Positions 56,284 through 64,000 of a stretch of 64,000 nucleotides of DNA are shown in pieces. A model generated the notes under the pieces. The model was not told the origin of the DNA. It ran no database searches and saw nothing but the letters and a program-made list of their open reading frames with translations. The DNA comes from Schizochytrium sp. TIO01 (taxonomy: Eukaryota > Protista > Bigyra: Labyrinthulomycetes): the NCBI GenBank assembly GCA_004764695.1, contig SMSO01000036.1, positions 868,001 to 932,000 on the forward strand, in the 5' to 3' direction. The number at the start of each line of letters is the position of its first letter. Positions within the stretch are counted from its first letter, which is position 1. The position numbers were made by a program, and so were the translations under genes.

Positions 56284-56703
56284 ATCTTTATATAACTGCC
56301 GGTTTACCTAAAAAAGTAAACATTTGCAAACTAAATAAAATAGCAAACATGACAGTATTATCGTGAGCATCATGCTAGCTTGCGTAGCATATAATTTATA
56401 GTTTAAGTTTTATAGTAAACTTCTAGTATGATCAATTAAAGTTGAATGAGTTTTGCAGAGAAAGAGCTGTGATATTGCACCGGCAGAATCTAGATTATTA
56501 GTCACAGATGCCAAGATTGCTTCTAAAATAAGAAAGAATGGAGTAATATATGTAGGTAAGGTCAATAACTCACATGGTGTGAATGAGTTTTTGAAAATAG
56601 CTTCGGTTTCAGGAAAACAATGTTGGCCCTATATGCTGACAAAGAGTGAAATTCGTTTTCTGAACTTTGGATGCTTAAAGAAGGGATGAAAGGTGACTTG
56701 TCA

Positions 56704-58197
56704 TTAGGAATGGCGTGGCTCCGGTAAACTTGATTTGAGCATTGACCTAAGTAGGCCAAAAAACACGGAAGGGCGCAATCTTGGAGTCACAGCTTCGTAT
56801 TTCCATCCAATATGGAAATTGCATCTCCTACATGCAATGCAAGTCCACGCATAGCCGGGGAAATACGTGTGCTCTGTAGTAGTTTCACCAAGCTCGAAGT
56901 AGCCTTCAACTTCATTAATAGTAAGAAGTTGGTGGGTATAACCATGTGCATTCATAAAAGAGCCAGTAGCACCATCTGTAGACATAGAAATGACGTTCGA
57001 AGTTGTAGCAAGCTGCGCATTACAAAAGCCACAGTAGAGTATTTCTTCAACCCCTTCAATATGCTCCAGAATTTTTAATAAACGCTTTTCAGTCGAATTG
57101 ATTTCTAATAGAGAACGTACTGTGCGCATGTCCAAAGGGAGGTTTCTTGCAAGCCAGTAAGAGAATCTCTCGGTTTCAAATCTTGTAGTAGGGAGTAAAA
57201 GTCCTTCTGACGTCTCACTGAGCCCGAATGGTTTTAGGAGACGCGCTCCTAAGTCAACAATGCGCGAGCAAAGTGCTATAGGACTATAAATATTGTGTAC
57301 AAACGAAGGAATGGAAGTAACTCCTAGAGCTACTTGACCAAAGTTTCCATTATTCTCATCAGGAAGGACCCGAATGCGTGCAATAGCATGAAATTGACCA
57401 CTTGGGATTTCAAGCTGGATGAGCTTGAACCGAGATACCCCGTAAATAGTAACATCTGCCCAATCCCTTTCCTGATCCATCGTGTCGCTTCCATTCGGGA
57501 TGCGAGGCGGAGATGGAGAAACCACAGACTGAAGCTGCGCCAGGGTGCCAACGCGGCCAACGAGGCTACTATCTGGGCCAGGACGTGGTCCACAATCAAG
57601 ATGTCCAACAAATCTTGGAAACCTAATCGAATCCCCAAGTGTGACTAGGGATTGATCGTCCAGACCCACAATCATTTCGCTGGCAAATTCAGAAGAAATT
57701 CGTATCGGCATTGTCTCTGATGGCATCAAAAGTATGTTTCTAAAGAGGAGGACACAGGCAACAACTTCCTCCCCGGGTACAGGTAGCCCATCATCAGAAT
57801 GGTGCCAGAAGAGACTGTCTTTGTGACTTTTCCTTGTCTCTGATCTACTGTGCACCTCATCGAGGTCATTTAGAGAATCATCATCACTATCACAATTTGC
57901 GCTCCCATGTACTCTGTCCTCTTCGTGTTGCGTGAATTGGGCCTCCCGTACATGGCTCTCCTGGCCTCCTTCAACATCTACACCAGCAATGTCTGTCAAG
58001 TTGAGAGCCTCTCTTCTTGTTTCTTCTAAATTCACCAGGGACTGTCGCAGACCTAGATAGGTATGTTGCGCAGGTAAAGAGGCGTCAAAGAGTTGAATAT
58101 TCTCTTCTTCTTTCTCTTCCGCATGTTGTTGTTGTTGGTGGGGGTCTAGCAGCTCCACCTGTTGTTGCTGCTGCTCTTGCTCTAGATAAGGATCCAT
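56704..58197 (-). CDS. CRBN: Cereblon (Lon N-terminal domain plus CULT/thalidomide-binding domain)
   Basis: FDASLPAQHTYLG, FSYWLARNLPLD, CGFC, FMNAHGYTHQLLT, EHTYFPGYAWTCIACRRCNFHIGWKY, FFGL. First ATG at 58197. Confidence 0.95.
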   Translation of the reverse strand: MDPYLEQEQQQQQVELLDPHQQQQHAEEKEEENIQLFDASLPAQHTYLGLRQSLVNLEETRREALNLTDIAGVDVEGGQESHVREAQFTQHEEDRVHGSANCDSDDDSLNDLDEVHSRSETRKSHKDSLFWHHSDDGLPVPGEEVVACVLLFRNILLMPSETMPIRISSEFASEMIVGLDDQSLVTLGDSIRFPRFVGHLDCGPRPGPDSSLVGRVGTLAQLQSVVSPSPPRIPNGSDTMDQERDWADVTIYGVSRFKLIQLEIPSGQFHAIARIRVLPDENNGNFGQVALGVTSIPSFVHNIYSPIALCSRIVDLGARLLKPFGLSETSEGLLLPTTRFETERFSYWLARNLPLDMRTVRSLLEINSTEKRLLKILEHIEGVEEILYCGFCNAQLATTSNVISMSTDGATGSFMNAHGYTHQLLTINEVEGYFELGETTTEHTYFPGYAWTCIACRRCNFHIGWKYEAVTPRLRPSVFFGLLRSMLKSSLPEPRHS

Positions 58198-59121
58198 TAG
58201 TTCTAGGTTAAGCTTCACAGCAGTGGCGCCAGACTATTCCAGGCCACAACTTGTACGAAGTGAAGATTCTTTAAAAAAAATGAAGTGAAGGGAGGGTTCG
58301 TAGCTAAAGTTGGGGAGGAACTGGCACAGAATAAGTGGAGCTGCTGGATGCGGCAAGTAAGGGTTAACCGCTTTACAAGAGGCAGTAAGCTTGAGAGGAA
58401 ACAGTAAATTGGCTCTCGCGTGTGCACCATGCGTCACGAGTTAGCGAACCAGTGTTGGAATGAAAGAGATGTATTTCTGTTTTGTGTGTGGGTCTTGGGA
58501 TAGATAGACAATGATATTCACTTAGCAACGCAAAAGGGCTATCTAGTTACCACTAGTAGGTAGTACCATACCTTTTAATGTCTATAACTAGTACTAGCAA
58601 GCAGTATCAATGTCTAGTATTAAGCTACTCCTTGTCTTGGGTTAAAATTTTAAAATTAAACTCACAGCAATCACCGGCGAAAGTACTTCTACTTGGGCAA
58701 AGGCTCTACACACATACATTTAAAAAAAAACACGCCTGAATTGGATAATCCTTGGTAAAGAATAATGCAGTTTTTGCGCGCTTTTGCTACACAAATATGA
58801 GCAGTTGATTGCCTTGTTTCCACTTGAGTTTCATTATCTTGCATCATTGATTCTATTTTTCTAATACTGATGATACTCTCTAGAGTATTCTATAGTCATA
58901 AGAGGGAAATAGTAGTAGATGGTAGATAGTCAGTAGTAAATTTCAGAGTTCTGCAATTTAAAGGTGGTGTCACATGCAGGTAGACATGGATGTAGACGTC
59001 TGCAGAAGTGCTCCTGGTTGAGGCAAAGCTGAAGCATCGCGAGGATACTAGCTTGTAGGGAAGACAGAAAGTGTATCACGCATCTAGCAAAGAGCGACGT
59101 ATAAATTGAACAGCAAACGAC

Positions 59122-59699
59122 ATGGCGACCGTCAATTCAATTGCAGCAGCGGCAAAGACAGCTGCTCGAGGCGAAAAGGTACTTCGTCTCTTGCTAGCAG
59201 AGAGCGTCGACCTGCAATGCCGAAACATAATGTGCGAGAAGCTTGAAGAGGCTTGCGTTTGTCGGCTTGCTCGATTTGTAACGCAAACCCGCTTGGTTGA
59301 TTTGATAGAGCTCGATATTACAAGCAATAGGCTTGATGTTTTGCCAACAACTGTGTTTGAGGAATTGCCAGCGCTTGAGAAGCTTGTACTGGCGAAGAAT
59401 AATCTTCGTACTGTTCCGGAGGAGGTTTCAAAGCTTTCCAACCTTCAAATATTAGATATTCGAGAGAATCCGATCGAGTCTTTACCTACTGAAGCAATAG
59501 CATCCTTACCAAAACTTGAGCAGCTCTTTGTACAAGGATTATCACCCGAAATCGTCGTAAGTTGTATATGATTGCGGTATCCACATTCTAGGAAAATGGC
59601 ACATCATTCAATCTAACAATGGAAGCTAAGTCGAACAATTAATAGTTGGCATTGAAAAATGCCCTGGCAGAAACTTCATGTGACGTCTTTGACGAGTAG
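59122..59699 (+). CDS. Small leucine-rich-repeat protein; exons 59122-59556 and 59646-59699
   Basis: LxxLxLxxNxL repeats. GTAAGT donor at 59557, CTAAC branch site at ~59613 and TAG acceptor ending 59645; spliced tail LALKNALAETSCDVFDE*. Confidence 0.8.
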
Positions 59700-59899
59700 T
59701 ATGCCATCTACCCCTCATCTCGTATAGCCAAGCTGAGTTCTTCTAAGGCCTTCTTCAAAAATATGAACTGCTGTTAATAATATTTGAGATCCGTGTAAGC
59801 CTTGCACATGAGTACAGCTCAATAGCTTACTACTTATTCCCTAAGGCCAATGCATTAAACAACTCCGAGAAGCAGTTGGAACAGCAAATTTTTAAAGCG

Positions 59900-60800
59900 C
59901 TCCCACCAGATGCATTTGGGGCCTCTTAATTCATTAGAGATTTATCAAGGAAATCAATAGTAGAACTCATAAGTTGTTTTACAGAAGATCTGAAAGTCGT
60001 GAATAGATCGAAAGCAGTCGATAATAAACACATTGGAAGTCAATATTCTCGTCATTTTCGTTTTAACTCTTTTCAATACATCGTATCCGCAATGGCATGA
60101 AAGTATTTCACAATGCCCATCGTGAGTTCTTGGTCAAACTTGCCCTATGACAACATACGGTTTCTCTATCAAACACTTGGCGTATCCACAAAACCTAGTT
60201 CCGTTCTAATGGCCTGGCTGTTGCTGGTTTCAGTAAATAGAAGAAACAGCAGTTCTGACATCGCTAAGATTTTAGGAGCTCCATCATAAGGCTCATAAGC
60301 TATGTGAAACATAAGAAAATAATCAATGGTGGACTCATCAAGTCAAAACTATCATGTCAAAAGTGCGAATCTCCTTAAATTACAGATAAGCAAGCCAAAC
60401 CGATAGGCAATATGTAGGAAACCTAGCCTTAGATGATGTTCGTGAGCCATGTGTAAATCTTATGATACTTCGTTTATAAGTATATTGACTTTCATGCTCA
60501 GCAGACCTGAAATATTTTACCATGGGCAATGGAACGTTAGCTCATAAGCTGAAACTCCTTAGCTTTATTTGTCAGTGTACTAAGTAGATATCATCTACCT
60601 CCCAACTAAGTCTTCATCAATTAATTTACTAAATAATAAGTACCAGGCTTCAGAAGCTATACAATTTTTGATGGTGGACTTTGCAGATTTCTGAGCTACA
60701 GATTACATCAAACCAACTTGCAATCTGAAAGAAGGCTTGTGTAATGTTGGTTGGTGGCACTATCAATCAAAGGCCGACGCGCATGATCTACCAAAACTTA
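59900..60800 (-). mobile_element. Decayed 3' part of a non-LTR retrotransposon, possibly RLE-type
   Basis: 60761-60790 resembles 15092-15122 and 11272-11300. Minus strand gives CGYAKC..E followed by RTHD(G)IV and SDLL, reminiscent of the Zn-knuckle/RHD/PD restriction-like endonuclease region. Confidence 0.4.
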
Positions 60801-62057
60801 AATAGTCTGTTCTATTGTGAATGTTACAACGCAAGACAATAGTTACTTGATGACTTGATGTTTCTTGATGAAACTTCACCTTATTAACGCTCACATGTTG
60901 TTACAAGGTCGGAGCCGAGAACGTCATAGAAGGAAAGGATGTTTGAATGTAGAAAGAGATATTTCTCTACTATAATAAGTGGGTTAGGTCATTCCTAACT
61001 CTTACTTTTAGTGCAATCGCCCTAAAAGTTCAAAGAGCTAGGCCCTGATAACGCTTTCGGTTTTTTATTTTCGTGGAGTAAATTGGACTTTTTGTTGACG
61101 AGATATGCGTGAATAACGCCACAAACGTTTTCATCTCTTTCCTGAATATCGGTACCCACTACTTAAAAAGAGCTGTAATGCATTAATTCCAGAATTGCCT
61201 TACGCAAGCTGCAATGGTCAGTTTAAGATCAAAGGTTTGACTTACATTCCGTTAATTCAGCTGGTAGACTGAATACTCTTAAGATGAGAGTAATTTGGAG
61301 AGAGTTTGTTTGTTCATTGCGATTGAACTTGAATTTCAAAAGCTTTCTTTAAAAAAAAAAAAGAGAAACAAAATCTTAATTGAAGAGCGGTGCGAAAAAG
61401 GTTTTGATAGACAATTGCTGGCGCGGACTAGTAATTATATGAGATAATAAATGAAAATTTAAAGGTTGACATAAAATATGAGCAACGCAATTATCCCCAC
61501 TAGTTCACATTATTTAATTTAAGCTTTCTACAAGGGTCAAAACTCATTAGTATATACGTAACTAAGTACTCTAAGCAGAACTCAAAATTTTAATTGCTCC
61601 CATTTCATTTCTAGATATTACTGTTTATAATGGATCATCATAACCTCCATAATTGGGGAAAAGATAATCGATTGCTATAATATTTCTAGTACGAGGAAAT
61701 AGATACCTAGTAGCTACTACACTCTGATCAGGCAGACGTAATTCAAGTAATCAAACCATGATAGGATTAATTGCACTAGTGCACTAGTGTGCGTACTTAC
61801 CCTCTACATTTACTACTAATGAACATAGTAGTAGGTAGGTACTCCATGAGAGCTATGAGTTTTAAACAAGCAGTAATTCATTTAATTTAATTATTTTAAT
61901 AAGCTATGCTTTTCTCATAAAACAATCCTAGTGCCGAAGAGAACCGTGTGCACGCACGTGCTCAGCTGATTTGCTTAGCTATTACTTTCTCAACACGAAT
62001 GCAAGCAAATACCAATTAAGCTCGGAAGAAGATCCTTTAACGTGTCCAGGCGCTACG

Positions 62058-63217
62058 ATGGAGGCACCTCGGTGTGCTCGCTGCAATGAGCGTGTCTATA
62101 TGGCTGAGCGGTAAGTCAAGTTTCATAATAAAAAAAGGAGAAGGATGGATCAGTTCTCAAGATTACGCTTCCTTGCAGCTGCGCTCTGCTAGGTCTCTGT
62201 CGAAGCCAAGCTCAGATCACTGCGTGTGTATCATAGAGAGGTGTTCTTTGTAAAGCAACGCGACAACAAGAGAGGCCACGGTGCCTACACAAGGTGCAGA
62301 TTAGGTTGAGAAAAGTTGTTTTTGCAGGGTTAGATTGTCTGTTGTAACTAACACGGTATCGGTATAAACCCTGCTAATCATTATGTTGCCTATTATCAAT
62401 TCAACCTGACAGCTATAACGCACTTGGCAAAGTTTGGCACAAGTCTTGTTTTCGCTGTACATCATGTTCCAAAAAGCTTGAGCTTGGCAAGCACCTCGAA
62501 AATAACAAGATGCCATACTGTGAAAGTACGTTCTAATGACTTTGATATTTATCTTCAAAAATCAGAAATCTCGCTAACCGGCGGCTTATGCATCTTACTT
62601 TGTTTAATTCTTTATTGTTTACAGCCTGCTACGCGAAGCTTTTTGGTCCCCGTGGATACGGCTTTGGAGTAGGGGCTGGCATTCTTGCTGGTAATTTTGA
62701 CGGAACCACCCCAACGCAAGCACCAGCAACTTCAGCAAACTGGAGAAAGCTTCGAATGGCACTTAAAGTAACTCAACATGATCATTCTGTGGAGGAGGAG
62801 GAGACTAATGACCTTGATTATGATGGCGAACTTGTATTGGAAGATAAAGGTAGTGAACAAGACCAGCCTGATGTACTGGCGAATGTTGTTGCGGCGTTCG
62901 GAAATGCCCCGGCCTCGTCGAAACGCCTATCGAAACGCTCATCAACCCGTTCATCCGCAAGGATGTCCTCACGCTCGCATCGATTGAGTTCTCGCCCTAG
63001 TGTGGCGAGTAATTTCATGTTTGATGAACCAGAAGAAGAACCTATGGAACTTGTAGATGATACCTCATTTGTTGAAAAACGGAATTCAAGCAAACGCCGA
63101 TCAAGCAGACGCCGATCGAACAGACGCCACTCCATGCGCAACAGTGAGGAACCAAAGTCATTCTGGGACCAGTTAAAAGAGTTCTGCGGCTGCGGTCGAA
63201 ATATCGTAGAAGAATGA
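62058..63217 (+). CDS. CRP/CSRP-like single LIM-domain protein with Ser/Arg-rich tail; exons 62058-62110, 62413-62525, 62625-63217
   Basis: Spliced reading MEAPRCARCNERVYMAERYNALGKVWHKSCFRCTSCSKKLELGKHLENNKMPYCETCYAKLFGPRGYGFGVGAG gives a complete LIM plus the CRP Gly-rich motif; both GT-AG introns preserve frame. Confidence 0.9.
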
Positions 63218-64000
63218 TGTTTGATTCCTGTTGAATGCTCAATAAGAAATAGGGTTAATTGCCTTTGGATTTTAGACCCAAAAAATTGCACGCACAGAAA
63301 AGATGGATTTTTTTTTTTTTCAATATAAACTTTCTCTTTAAATGCGAAATACCATGATTTCTAGATCTATAATCTCACGAGTCTGTTTCAATGTTCCTCC
63401 TTATCTTTTGTGGCATGTCTTTTCAGTAGCGCAAAGACTGAACTAATCTTAATACTATCCAATTTGTTGATGTCTAGAACTAATTATGGCCTAAAGACTT
63501 TTAACATGAAACCAAATTATGCGGAGATGCCTGTTTTGTACTTAATCGCCCTAATTCTCGAGCGGTCTTGAAACTCTGCCAACATATCTCCATAACAATT
63601 AAACTAAGCACATATATCGAAGGAAGATTTTACCAATGTCACCCTTTGTTCCTAACTATACGTTTAGTCTTGAAGAGTGATCTTCTTCTTTTTAAATGTT
63701 TATTTATTTAGTTTTATTTTTTAAACTATATATATATATAAGCACGTCACTTGAGCATTTATACAGACAAAATAAAGTACGAACTGAGAAGATGGACTAA
63801 AAGCATGAACATAAATTAAATACTATGTATATTCCGAAAAGGATCAAACTAAGTCCTGTGTTTCAAATACTTGTGAATACCATGTTCGTGATACAAAAAA
63901 AACATCAATTAACTTAAAAGCTATCTGCCCACGCCGCTGCAGGACCAGACTCGAGATAAGGAAGAACTTTGAAATTTTCGTCGTAGTCATCAAACATAGA

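Overview
Eukaryotic nuclear DNA from a gene-dense, intron-poor protist. Short GT-AG introns, AT-rich intergenic DNA and a POP-type organellar DNA polymerase point to a non-opisthokont; a stramenopile such as a thraustochytrid is plausible but is inference only. Protein genes: VPS50/syndetin (partial), a FABP/calycin-like protein, NEMP, organellar family-A DNA polymerase, a probably myristoylated low-complexity protein, an SLC37/GlpT-like MFS transporter, two paralogous membrane sulfotransferases, a 1766-aa multi-PH protein, a ~1700-aa low-complexity protein, cereblon, a small LRR protein and a CRP-like LIM protein. About 6.2-17.8 kb is a graveyard of decayed Ty3/gypsy and non-LTR retroelements ending at a 14-unit tandem tRNA-Lys(CUU) array (13 identical genes, 1 decayed). 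The most interesting signal lies in that array. About 10 nt upstream of every tRNA is a ~77-nt element that can fold by eye into a D-arm-less tRNA-like three-way junction. Its central hairpin differs in sequence between copies but usually keeps dyad symmetry at the same position (about -54). This is a candidate undescribed structured ncRNA co-transcribed with tRNA-Lys. All folds and family calls were made by eye and need computational confirmation.
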